DNA of 26,641 bases from Gammaproteobacteria bacterium (GCA_035700455.1 DASSOO010000236.1:1-26641); one strand, 5' to 3'; positions 1-8,604 are shown, counted from the first letter of the stretch. Translations and numbers: made by a program. Notes: a model not told the origin generated them from the sequence alone.

Positions 1-322
1 GCCATTCGATCGCGTCGCCGATGGAAAGGCCGAGCAGCGCGCTGCCGACCGGCGCGAGGATCGAAATCGTACCGTCGGTGCCGGCGTCCTTCGGGTAGAC
101 CAGCGTCAGCGAAAACTCCTGGCCGGACGACTCGATCGCGAAGCGCACCGTCGAATTCATTGTCACGACTGTCGGCGGCACTTCTTCCGGCGCGACGACA
201 TCGGCGCGGTCGAGTTCAGCCAGCAGCTCGGCCTTGCCCGGAAACGCGTTTGCCGGCAATTTTTCCAGCAATTCTTCGAGCCGGTCGTAATCCAGCGACG
301 AAACGGTGAGGCGAGGTTTCAT
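1..322 (-). CDS. rnk: Nucleoside diphosphate kinase regulator Rnk (GreA/GreB-like); 3' end runs off the window
   Basis: Not in the ORF track; translated by hand from ATG at 322: MKPRLTVSSLDYDRLEELLEKLPANAFPGKAELLAELDRADVVAPEEVPPTVVTMNSTVRF...TLVYP...ISILAPVGSALLGLSIGDAIEW. It has the Rnk motifs ELDRA, VVTMNS and APVGxALLGL. Confidence 0.9.
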   Translation of the reverse strand, partial: MKPRLTVSSLDYDRLEELLEKLPANAFPGKAELLAELDRADVVAPEEVPPTVVTMNSTVRFAIESSGQEFSLTLVYPKDAGTDGTISILAPVGSALLGLSIGDAIEW

Positions 323-354
323 CCTTGTGAGTCCGGTTCAACCCTGATGGTGCC

Positions 355-363
355 AGTATATCA
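355..363 (-). promoter_or_regulatory. Extended -10 promoter (TGnTATACT) upstream of rnk
   Basis: Minus strand reads TGaTATACT about 33 nt upstream of the rnk ATG; no recognisable -35. Confidence 0.5.
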
Positions 364-393
364 GCGCGGCTCCGCCGGGCGGCTCCGCCGCGG

Positions 394-481
394 GGTCAGT
401 GGTCAGTGGTCAGTGGTTAGTGGTGAAGAATAAGATGGAAGACCCGCTTCCTCTAACCTCTTACCACTAACCACTAACCAC
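394..481. repeat. Heptamer inverted-repeat element 1
   Basis: GGT(C/T)AGT x4 plus GGT (394-424), then a purine-rich arm with inner stem GGAAG/CTTCC (437-441/447-451), then ACCACTA x2 plus ACCAC (463-481), the reverse complement of the left unit. Confidence 0.85.
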
Positions 482-503
482 GTACCGGCGGCCGTCAGGC
501 CGC

Positions 504-3500
504 CTAGTCAATATCGTCCGGCATTGCCGGCGCGTGATCCGGCGGCGGAATCGTCAGGTCCGTAATTGGCTTAAGACCGCCCTGGCGAAGCTGCGCGTTA
601 AGGTGCGCAAGCTCGCTGCTCTTGAATCGGCGCCATTCGGCGAGCGTGTGATCGAGGTAACCGAGATAGAGTTTCACCGCTTCGCGTTGCGGCGCGGTTG
701 GCGCGCGATCGGCGGCGCCGATGGCGCCGTAGAACGAGGTAAGCCGGCCGTTGAGGCCACTCAAGTCATGGCTATCGTGTGGGGCTTTGTTCAGCAGTTT
801 CTCCGTCGCGACATCGGCACGTTCAACCGCCTGCACGACGTCGCCATGAGCCTGTGACTTGCGCCGATCGAGTTGCGCGCGCAATGAGCGTACCTGCTGA
901 TACGCCGTGTAATCTTTCGCCAGCGCGGCCTCGATCTTCTGTTCCAGGGCAAGCTGTTCCTGCAGCGCGTTCTTGCTCACGTGCACGCGCGGGTCCATTT
1001 CGACGGTGAGCGGCTGCTTGTAGGTGTGGCCGTCGACCGTCAGCTTCACTTCGTATCGGCCCGGCAGCACCAGTGCGCCCTGCGGTTCGAGCGGCGTGTT
1101 TTCGCCGGCTACGGCGGCGATGGTGTAGCCGAAGCGGATTGCGTCGGGCAGGGGGTAGCGCAGGTTCCAGACAAAGCGATGTTCGCCCGCGTCAATGCCC
1201 GGCCGCGGTGCGGGCTTGATCCAGCTCTTCGCAAAATAGCGGAAGGCGTTGCGCTTTTGCGGCGGTTGGTTGCTTGCATAGCGGCGCACGAGCTTGCCGT
1301 GGCCGTCGTAGATCGCGAGCGAGACTGTGCGTGCGCCGCTCTTGAGGTAGTAGTCGATGATCGCGCCGGCGGGCGGGTTCTGGCCGGCGGGCTCTTCCGG
1401 CGGCAGCGGCGTATCGCGGTTTTCGTCGCGGCGTATGCGGATCGCCGTCGCCGGCTTGAACAAATAGGCGGACTTGTTATCCAGTTCGCCGGCGGCGATC
1501 TGGCGCAGCGGGCTTAAGTCGTCGAGCACCCAGAACGCACGGCCGAGCGTCGCGGCGACGAGGTCGCCGGCGTGAATCGTCAGGTCGCGCACCGAGGTCG
1601 CCGGCAGGTTCAGCGACAGTGGCTGCCAGTGGCCGCCGTCGTCGAACGAGACGTAGGCGCCCGTGTTCGTACCGGCATAGAGCAGGCCTTTCTGCTGCGG
1701 ATCGGCACGCACGACGTTGATGAATCCGTTATGCGGCAGGCCGGCGGTGATCGACGTCCAGGTACGGCCGTAATCGTGCGTGCGATAGACGTGCGGCGTA
1801 AAGTCGCCGACGCGGTGGCGGTCGACGGCAATGTAGGCGGCGGCGGGGTAGAGCGCGGAAGCGTCGACCGACGCAATCTTGCTCCAGTCGCGCACCGCTT
1901 TCGGCGTGACGTCGTGCCAGGTCTTGCCATTGTCGCGCGTCAGTTGCACGCGGCCGTTGTCGGTGCCGATCCAGATTTCGTTACCGTCGGCCGGTGACGG
2001 TTCAATGCTGTAGATCACACCGAAGCCGCAGGCAGTCGCCTCCGATATCGGCACGTGCGGCGCGTTGCAGCCTTTGGCACCCTGGCGCGCGCCCGTGAGG
2101 TCGGGGCTGATCTTTTCCCAGTGTTCGCCTTCGTCGGTGGTCGCGAACAAGTGCTGCGCGCCGACGTAGAGCGTGTACGGCGGCTTGTGGCGGATCGCCA
2201 TCGGCGTGAACCACGTGTAGCGGTTTTTGACGGTGTTCGGACGCGCGGCATAGGTCGAAATCGGCCACGGCGAAATGTTCTGCGATTGGCCGGTGCGCGC
2301 GTCGAAGCGGTTCACGTGGCCGCCCAAGCCGCTTGCGTAAACAATGTTCGCGTCGCGCGGGTCGGGAATATCGAAGTCGCGCTCGTCGCCGCCGACCGAG
2401 TACCAGTCGCGATAGGTGATCTCGCCGTAATCACTGCGGTTCTTGATCGCGACTGTGCCGCTGTCCTGCTGACCGCCGTAAATCCAATACGGGAAGCGGT
2501 TGTCGGTTTCGACGTGGTAGAACTGCCCGGTCGGCTGGTTGTACCAGCTCGACCAGGTTTTCGCAGCGTTGACGGTGACGACGGCGCCCTGGTCGGCGCC
2601 GGTGATCATGCGTTCGGGATGATCCGGGCTGATCCACAGCGTGTGGTAATCGTCGCCGCCAGGCGCACCCTTGATGATCGTGAACGTCTTGCCGCCGTCG
2701 GTCGAACGATGGATCGACTGGATCGGAATATAGATGGTGTTCGGGTCGTTGGGCGCGACGCGGATGTGACCGAAGTAGGAGCTTGCGAGCGCCGTACTGT
2801 CGTTGACGCGGGTCCAGTGCGCGCCGGCATCGTCGGAACGATAAACGCCGCCGGCGGTGTCGCTCTGAATCGCCGCATAGACGATGCGCCCATGACTGCC
2901 GCGCGCGACCGCGACGCCGATGCGCCCGAGCGCGCCGCCGGGCAAGCCGTTGCCGGAGAGCCGCTGCCAGGTGCGGCCTTCGTCGGTGCTCTTGTAAATG
3001 CCGCTGTGCGCTCCGACCGGCGCCTCGAAATAATCGAGCCACGGGCGTATGCGATCCTGCCATGCAGCGGCGTAGACGATGGACGGATCTTCGGAGTCGA
3101 ACGCGAGATCGACGATGCCGGTGTCGGCATTGACGTACAACGTCTTTTCCCATGTCTTGCCGCCGTCGTCCGAGCGGTAAACGCCGCGGTCGCTGCTCGG
3201 GCCGAACACCCGGCCGAGCGCTGCGACCAGCACGGTGTCGGGATGATGCGGGTCGACGAGGATGCGACCGATGTGACGTGTCGCGGCAAGGCCCATATGC
3301 TGCCAGGTCTTGCCGCCGTCCGTCGATTTATACACGCCGTTGCCGGATGCGATGTCGTAGCGTGTCGCGACCTGGCCCGTGCCGACATAGATCGTATTCG
3401 CGTCGGAAGGCGCGACCGCGAGCGCGCCGATCGACGAGCCGCCGGCGGCATCGAAGATCGATTGCCAGGTAACGCCGTCGTCGCTGCTTTTCCAGACGCC

Positions 3501-3689
3501 GCCGTCGGCGCTGCCGAACAGCCACACATCCGGATTGCCGGGCACGCCCGAAACCGCCGTCGCCCAGCCGGCACGGAACGGCCCGACGAGGCGCCATTGC
3601 ATGGACTGATAAGCGGATTGCGGGACGGTTGCCGCGAAGGCGCTCAGGGGCAGCAGGGCGCCCAAAAGTAACAGTAGCTTCTTGTGCAT
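504..3689 (-). CDS. Secreted BNR/Asp-box (VPS10/sortilin-like, GH74-like fold) beta-propeller protein, putative glycosyl hydrolase
   Basis: Signal peptide MHKKLLLLLGALLPLSAFA. It has many Asp-box repeats (SSDDGVTW, STDGGKTW, SDDGGKTW, TRDNGKTW, THDYGRTW). Start set at ATG 3689 because SD GGAGA lies upstream (3695-3700); the ORF track starts at 3704. Confidence 0.85.
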   Translation of the reverse strand: MHKKLLLLLGALLPLSAFAATVPQSAYQSMQWRLVGPFRAGWATAVSGVPGNPDVWLFGSADGGVWKSSDDGVTWQSIFDAAGGSSIGALAVAPSDANTIYVGTGQVATRYDIASGNGVYKSTDGGKTWQHMGLAATRHIGRILVDPHHPDTVLVAALGRVFGPSSDRGVYRSDDGGKTWEKTLYVNADTGIVDLAFDSEDPSIVYAAAWQDRIRPWLDYFEAPVGAHSGIYKSTDEGRTWQRLSGNGLPGGALGRIGVAVARGSHGRIVYAAIQSDTAGGVYRSDDAGAHWTRVNDSTALASSYFGHIRVAPNDPNTIYIPIQSIHRSTDGGKTFTIIKGAPGGDDYHTLWISPDHPERMITGADQGAVVTVNAAKTWSSWYNQPTGQFYHVETDNRFPYWIYGGQQDSGTVAIKNRSDYGEITYRDWYSVGGDERDFDIPDPRDANIVYASGLGGHVNRFDARTGQSQNISPWPISTYAARPNTVKNRYTWFTPMAIRHKPPYTLYVGAQHLFATTDEGEHWEKISPDLTGARQGAKGCNAPHVPISEATACGFGVIYSIEPSPADGNEIWIGTDNGRVQLTRDNGKTWHDVTPKAVRDWSKIASVDASALYPAAAYIAVDRHRVGDFTPHVYRTHDYGRTWTSITAGLPHNGFINVVRADPQQKGLLYAGTNTGAYVSFDDGGHWQPLSLNLPATSVRDLTIHAGDLVAATLGRAFWVLDDLSPLRQIAAGELDNKSAYLFKPATAIRIRRDENRDTPLPPEEPAGQNPPAGAIIDYYLKSGARTVSLAIYDGHGKLVRRYASNQPPQKRNAFRYFAKSWIKPAPRPGIDAGEHRFVWNLRYPLPDAIRFGYTIAAVAGENTPLEPQGALVLPGRYEVKLTVDGHTYKQPLTVEMDPRVHVSKNALQEQLALEQKIEAALAKDYTAYQQVRSLRAQLDRRKSQAHGDVVQAVERADVATEKLLNKAPHDSHDLSGLNGRLTSFYGAIGAADRAPTAPQREAVKLYLGYLDHTLAEWRRFKSSELAHLNAQLRQGGLKPITDLTIPPPDHAPAMPDDID

Positions 3690-3705
3690 TTTGTTCTCCC
3701 GCAAT

Positions 3706-3868
3706 AGTGCCTAGGACTAAGTGCCTAGGACTAAGTTAAGAGAAGAGTCCGCATCCTCTTGACGCATCCATTTGACAATGGCGGCTTCTCACGTAGCTCC
3801 GAAGAGAAGATTAGAGTAGGCGTACCACTCTTTTCCCACTCAGTCCCAGGCACTTAGTCCTGGGCACT
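3706..3868. repeat. 14-mer (2x7) inverted-repeat element 2
   Basis: AGTGCCTAGGACTA x2 plus AGT (3706-3736) is the reverse complement of 3838-3868 at 28/31 positions. An inner AAGAGT/ACTCTT pair is at 3743-3748/3827-3832. Confidence 0.9.
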
Positions 3869-3871
3869 TTC

Positions 3872-5965
3872 TTACGCCAGACCCCACTCCGCACTCAGCC
3901 CCGGATCGCGTATCTGCCACACGCCGCGGTGCAGCGCGTTCAGGCTGTCGATGTCCTGGAGCAAGTCGGACTTGTCGAGTTCGGTCAGCTTGTTTGGACC
4001 GAGCGTCAGCGCCTTGGTTCGCAGGCGTTGCAGGCGCTTGGCCTTTTCGGGCGGCATGCTGGTCTTCAGACGCAGCATCGCGATGTGGATCGCGTTGGTG
4101 TGCGGGTCGACGATGGTGTGCCGGAATACATCGGCCTGGCGTGCGTCGAGCGGCGCGAGATGCTCGTTCAATGCCGCGAGTTCCGGCGGCGGCACGATTT
4201 CTTCCGGAATCGAAAAGAGTTTCAGGTGGCGCGTCAGGCGGCCGAGCCGCACCCGGCTGAAGTAAACCGACAACGGCACCGAAAACACCAGCGCGATAAC
4301 AATCGGCGCGAGCCACCAGAAGAACGACGGGTTGAGCCAGTAGACGCCGGCCGCCCAGGCGATCGCGATGATCGTCGCGCCGCCGTGGTAGCGGATCGCC
4401 GTGAGCCAGTCGGTCTCGGCGTCCTCGCGCACCTGGCTGCCCCATTTGACCTGGCGGCCGAGCAGCGTCGTCAGCACGAACTTGGTGTGGAACAGCATGC
4501 GGATCGGCGCGAGCAGGCTGGCGACGACGGTTTCGAAGACGACGCTGACGCTGAGCGCAAAAAAGCCGCCGAACAGGCGCACCGGCGGGTTGCGCTTGAC
4601 GAGCAACAGCAGCCATGACAACAGCTTTGGCAGGAACAGCAGCGCCGCGGTCGAGGCGACCAGCGCCAGCGCCCAGTCCGGATGCCATTCGGGCCAGATC
4701 GGAAACAGACTGGGCTTGGACGAAAAATACTGCGTCGGCACCAGCGCCTGCACCGCGACTTCGGCGGTCGACAGCACCAGGAACAGCAGCCAGATCATCG
4801 CCGAGGTGTAGGCCATGACGCCGTTGATGAACATTGCGCGGTGCGCCGAGGCGAGGCCCTTCATGCCCATCAGCCGCAGGTGTTGGAGGTTGCCCTGGCA
4901 CCAGCGGCGGTCGCGCTTGAGTTCGTCGAGCAGCGTCGGCGGCGTTTCCTCGTAACTGCCGCCGAGGTCGTAGGCGACCCACACTTCCCAGCCGGCGCGG
5001 CGCATCAGCGCGGCTTCGACGAAGTCGTGGCTGAGAATCTCGCCGCCGAGCGGCGGTTCGCCCGGCAGCCGCGACAGCGCGCAGTGCTCGACGAACGGCT
5101 TGATGCGGATGATCGCGTTGTGGCCCCAGTAATAGGCTTCGCCGAGCTGCCAGAAATGAATGCCGGCGGTGAACATTGGCCCGTAGACGCGGTTCGCGAA
5201 CTGCTGAATGCGCGCGAACAGCGAAATGCGATTTGCGGTGACCGGCGGCGTCTGGATGATGCCGGCCTCGGGGCGCACTTCCATCATCTGTACCATGCGC
5301 ACCAGCGTGGTGCCGGCCATGACGCTGTCGGCGTCAAAGATAATCATGTAGCGGAACTGGCTGCCCCAGCGGCGGCAGAAATCCGCGATGTTGCCGCTCT
5401 TGCGTTTGATGTGCGTGCGCCGGCGCCGGTAGTGTACGCGGCCGAACGCGCCGAGCTCGCGGCACATCGCCGCCCATTCGAGTTCTTCCTCGACGCCGCG
5501 CACGGCGTCCGTCGTGTCGCTCAATACGAAGAAGTGGAAGTGATCGAGCTGGCCGGTCGCCTGCAAAGACAGGTACGTCGTGCGCAGGCCCGCGAACACG
5601 CGGCGCGCGTCCTCGTTGTAAACCGGCATCAGGATTGCCGTCGGCGCGAGCGCCGCCGAGTCGCTGCCACGGGCCTTGCAGATGCGCGTAATTGCGTGCC
5701 AGCGCGCGTTGAACAGCAGCGTGAAAAAACCGGCGAGTGCGGTCCAGAAGCCGACCGAAATCCACGCGAACAGCGCGATGAAAGTGGCGATGATCGCGAT
5801 TTCGAGCCAGGTCTGGCCGTGGTAGGGCAGGATCTGGATCATGTATTCGCCGGCGATCGTCGTCTGGATCGCGAGCAGCACGAACAGCACCAGGTGGCGC
5901 AGCGTCGCCGCGCGGCGCCAGTGCGGGTTGGCGGCGCGCAGTTGCTTGCGCGACAGCGGCGCCAT
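3872..5965 (-). CDS. opgH: Periplasmic glucan biosynthesis glucosyltransferase OpgH/MdoH (GT2 core plus TM helices), lacking the N-terminal cytoplasmic domain
   Basis: Motifs ILMPVYNED, KSGNIADFCRRWG, DADS, YWGHNAIIR, LSHDFVEAALMRRAGW and RDRRWCQGN. Start set at ATG 5965, with SD GGGGAG 7 nt upstream and a TGATG overlap with the upstream ORF. Confidence 0.95.
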   Translation of the reverse strand: MAPLSRKQLRAANPHWRRAATLRHLVLFVLLAIQTTIAGEYMIQILPYHGQTWLEIAIIATFIALFAWISVGFWTALAGFFTLLFNARWHAITRICKARGSDSAALAPTAILMPVYNEDARRVFAGLRTTYLSLQATGQLDHFHFFVLSDTTDAVRGVEEELEWAAMCRELGAFGRVHYRRRRTHIKRKSGNIADFCRRWGSQFRYMIIFDADSVMAGTTLVRMVQMMEVRPEAGIIQTPPVTANRISLFARIQQFANRVYGPMFTAGIHFWQLGEAYYWGHNAIIRIKPFVEHCALSRLPGEPPLGGEILSHDFVEAALMRRAGWEVWVAYDLGGSYEETPPTLLDELKRDRRWCQGNLQHLRLMGMKGLASAHRAMFINGVMAYTSAMIWLLFLVLSTAEVAVQALVPTQYFSSKPSLFPIWPEWHPDWALALVASTAALLFLPKLLSWLLLLVKRNPPVRLFGGFFALSVSVVFETVVASLLAPIRMLFHTKFVLTTLLGRQVKWGSQVREDAETDWLTAIRYHGGATIIAIAWAAGVYWLNPSFFWWLAPIVIALVFSVPLSVYFSRVRLGRLTRHLKLFSIPEEIVPPPELAALNEHLAPLDARQADVFRHTIVDPHTNAIHIAMLRLKTSMPPEKAKRLQRLRTKALTLGPNKLTELDKSDLLQDIDSLNALHRGVWQIRDPGLSAEWGLA

Positions 5966-6507
5966 CAGCCGGCTCCCCACAGGCGCCCGAGCCAGCGCCA
6001 CGGCGCCGGCCGGCGATCGATCTTGACCGGCGCCATGTTGATGCGCCGAATCGGCGGCATCGCCGCAAAGCGCAGATGGCCGGCGGCGTCGGTTTCCAGC
6101 GCGGTCTCCGGTACCGGGTGCTTGCCCGCGGCAAGCCAGTTGCGCAGGCGCCAGATCGCCGAGGCGGCCGTGGGGGTCGCGGCGCCTGTCGGCGTCGGCT
6201 CCGCGCGCCGCGCAAGCATGGCGGTAAGCGCGTCCATTACCAGCGTTACCGCACCTTCGCCGGAGGCCCAGGCCGGCTCGCGTGCGGCCGCGGCAATGGC
6301 CGCTTCGGCCAACTCGCGGACCTCACCGGGATCGAGGTCGAGGCGCGCGAGGTAGGCGCGCACGCGCTCGCTGGCGAGGCGCCAGTCGTCCAGCGGCGCG
6401 ACCGTCGCCGCCTCGCAGCACCGCACCGGCAGACGCCGACCGGCATCGTCGGAATCCGCCGGGGCGGGTGGCGGACTCAGGGTGGCGGCGGCAGCAGGAA
6501 GCTCCAT
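5965..6507 (-). CDS. Stand-alone ORF resembling the N-terminal domain of enterobacterial/pseudomonad OpgH; start uncertain
   Basis: C-terminal ETDAAGHLRFAAMPPIRRINMAP...WRWLGRLWG resembles the recalled E. coli MdoH segment KDDEGRDQLKAMPEAKRSSMFP...GRFWDRLRG. It lies between opgG and opgH, and its stop overlaps the opgH ATG. Confidence 0.65.
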   Translation of the reverse strand: MELPAAAATLSPPPAPADSDDAGRRLPVRCCEAATVAPLDDWRLASERVRAYLARLDLDPGEVRELAEAAIAAAAREPAWASGEGAVTLVMDALTAMLARRAEPTPTGAATPTAASAIWRLRNWLAAGKHPVPETALETDAAGHLRFAAMPPIRRINMAPVKIDRRPAPWRWLGRLWGAG

Positions 6508-8018
6508 GTCTCCGATACCGTATCGTTGCCGTTTTTCAGGAAGGCCCGTAATTCGAGCGGCTTGTTCGGCGGCTTGATCTGGAACACCAGCCGCCAGCCG
6601 CCGGTCACGGGGTTGCGCTCGATATTGTTCTGCAGCAATTTACCGCCGTCGCCGACGGTGATCACGCCGTGACCATCGGCATTGTCCGGCAAGCCCGACA
6701 GTTCCTTGCTGTCGAAGTCGAGCACGATGCGTTTGCTGCCGGGCGTATCGCCATCGCCGATGTAGGTGCCGGTCACCTTGCCCGACGGCGGCTCGGGCGC
6801 GTAGTCCGTCCAGTTGAGCGTATAGGCGATGTTAATCGGATCGCCGACCTTCGGCACCGTCTTCGGCACCCAGAACGCGACGATGTTGTCGTTCACTTCC
6901 TTGTCGCTTGGGATTTCGACCAGCGTGACGGCGCCATCGCCCCAATCGCCTTTCGGTTCGATCCAGGCGCTTGGGCGCGTGTCGTAGCGCGCTTCGAGAT
7001 CTTCATAGTCGTAGAAGTGCCGGTCGCGCTGCATCAGGCCGAAGCCGCGCGGATTGGTCAACTGGAACGAACTGATAACGAGCTGCGACGGGTTGATCAG
7101 CGGCCGCCAGATCCATTCGCCGGTGCTCGAATGCACCAGCAGGCCGTCGGAATCGTGGACCTCCGGGCGCCAGTAGCCTTTCGGCCGATCGGAATCCTCG
7201 CCGTAAAAGAACATGCTGGTGAGCGGCGCGATACCGAGCTCGTCGATCTTGGCGCGCTCGAACAGCGTTGCCTTGACATCGACCGTGGTCGTGTCGCCCG
7301 GCTTGATCAGGAACTGGTAGGCACCTGTCACGCGCTTGCTGTCGAGCAGCGCATAAACCATCATCTGGTCGGCATCCGGCGCCGGGCGCACCAGCCAGAA
7401 TTCCTTGAAGAACGGGAACTCCTCGCCGGTCTGCAAACCAGTGTCGACGGCAAGGCCGCGGGCCGACAGGCCGAAGTTTTCGTCGGCGCCGACCGCGCGA
7501 AAATAACTTGCGCCGGCGAACACGATGAACTGGTTCTGTACGTCCTTGGTGTGCAGCGGGTAAGTAAGCTTGAATCCGGCAAAGCCCAGGTCGGCGGGAA
7601 TCTTGTCGACGAACTTGTTGTGCCCGTAGTCAAAATACGTCGTCGAATACTGCACCTGGTGAACGCCCGCCGCGTCGATAATGTTGATCGCCACCGAGTG
7701 GTCGTAATACAGCCCCGGATGAATCAGCATGACCTGAAATTTCGTATTCGACTGGTGCCACAACGCCTGCTCGGGCTTGAAGCGGATATCGCGGAACGCG
7801 TCGTAGCTGATGTTCTTGAGAAAATCCGGGATCGGTTTCGGCGGCTGAAACGGCTTGGCGGCGAGCTCCTTCGCTTGCTGCACGACATTGTCGAAACCGA
7901 ACGGCGCAGCGCCGGCGGGCATCGAGACGGCGGTCATGGCGGCGGCAAAGGCAAAAATGAACGAACCGGGGCGGGGGCTTTTAGGCGTTTTGATTCTCGC
8001 GGCGGCCTTCATTGTCAC
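6477..8018 (-). CDS. opgG: Periplasmic glucan biosynthesis protein OpgG/MdoG
   Basis: Motifs FAGASYFRAVG, FGLSARGLA, RPEVHDSDGL, FGLMQRDR and DNIVAFW; signal peptide; GTG start with SD AGGAGA. Confidence 0.95.
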   Translation of the reverse strand: MTMKAAARIKTPKSPRPGSFIFAFAAAMTAVSMPAGAAPFGFDNVVQQAKELAAKPFQPPKPIPDFLKNISYDAFRDIRFKPEQALWHQSNTKFQVMLIHPGLYYDHSVAINIIDAAGVHQVQYSTTYFDYGHNKFVDKIPADLGFAGFKLTYPLHTKDVQNQFIVFAGASYFRAVGADENFGLSARGLAVDTGLQTGEEFPFFKEFWLVRPAPDADQMMVYALLDSKRVTGAYQFLIKPGDTTTVDVKATLFERAKIDELGIAPLTSMFFYGEDSDRPKGYWRPEVHDSDGLLVHSSTGEWIWRPLINPSQLVISSFQLTNPRGFGLMQRDRHFYDYEDLEARYDTRPSAWIEPKGDWGDGAVTLVEIPSDKEVNDNIVAFWVPKTVPKVGDPINIAYTLNWTDYAPEPPSGKVTGTYIGDGDTPGSKRIVLDFDSKELSGLPDNADGHGVITVGDGGKLLQNNIERNPVTGGWRLVFQIKPPNKPLELRAFLKNGNDTVSETWSFLLPPPP

Positions 8019-8073
8019 GGCCTGTTCTCCTTCCTGCTGCGGGCCTTGTCGAAATAATGATCTGGAACATGCA

Positions 8074-8102
8074 AGTATACTGCCGCCGCCCGGCCTCCGC
8101 AG
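8074..8102 (-). promoter_or_regulatory. Possible opgG promoter (CTGCGG-N17-TATACT)
   Basis: Good -10 TATACT at 8079..8074; the -35 position is non-canonical. Confidence 0.35.
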
Positions 8103-8138
8103 CCGGGGCGATACCTCCCACTGCCAATCGTCATCAAC

Positions 8139-8167
8139 CTGCGGTCCGCCGAAGGCTGAACTATACT
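8139..8167 (+). promoter_or_regulatory. Possible promoter of the paralogue array (CTGCGG-N17-TATACT; CTATACT is sigmaS-like)
   Basis: CTATACT at 8161-8167, followed directly by hairpin GGCCTA-ggaccg-TAGGCC (8169-8186). Confidence 0.4.
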
Positions 8168-8216
8168 TGGCCTAGGACCGTAGGCCCATGAGGCGCGGGG
8201 CGAGCGCCAGAATAAG

Positions 8217-8423
8217 AACCGGCAATGGTGGCGCCGCGAAGAAGCCCAGGCGGTCCAGCTGGATGTTTGCAGGTCTGCGGGTGCGGCGGGCGGCCTTGTA
8301 GCCGAGTTGCAGGCACTCAAAGGCCGCTATGTTGCGTTTTAACTGCCGATCGCTTACGGCAAGTTTCGTGCACTGATGAAGGCGCTGCCGGCAGCGCAGA
8401 AGGAGGCGAGTAATGAACAATAA
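8217..8423 (+). pseudogene. 5'-truncated, nonsense-mutated copy of the downstream secreted protein family
   Basis: Hand translation NRQWWRREEAQAVQLDVCRSAGAAGGLVAELQALKGRYVAF*LPIAYGKFRALMKALPAAQKEASNEQ*. TAA at 8340-8342 sits where the 8900 paralogue has GAA. No in-frame start codon after the TAG at 8181. Confidence 0.85.
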
Positions 8424-8604
8424 ATTTCTGATAGCCGCACTTCTCGGTATTGTCGCACTGCCGGCACTTTCGCTGGCTGCACAGTCGCAGCCGGCAGCGC
8501 AGCCGGTTCAAAAAAAGGTTCAGTTGCAGGGCAGCTCGCTCGGTACCATCACCGTCACCAGCAGCCAGATTCAGGCGTTGCAGGCGATCAAGGCGGCGCT
8601 GCAT
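8373..8604 (+). repeat. 232-bp direct repeat copy 1, spanning a gene junction
   Basis: Matches 8860-9091 at offset 487 with 13 mismatches by hand count and no indels. Confidence 0.9.

Noticed and set aside
366-391. 13-bp-period direct repeat GCGGCTCCGCCG upstream of rnk
   Set aside because: Two copies of a GC-rich 12-mer are plausible by chance or local slippage; noted only as a flank of element 1.
394-481. Short repeat arrays as CRISPR
   Set aside because: The 7-nt units are contiguous with no unique spacers, and there are no cas genes.
3759-3800. TTGACG/TTGACA in the loop of element 2 as a promoter
   Set aside because: No credible -10 at 16-18 nt, and it would point antisense into opgH.
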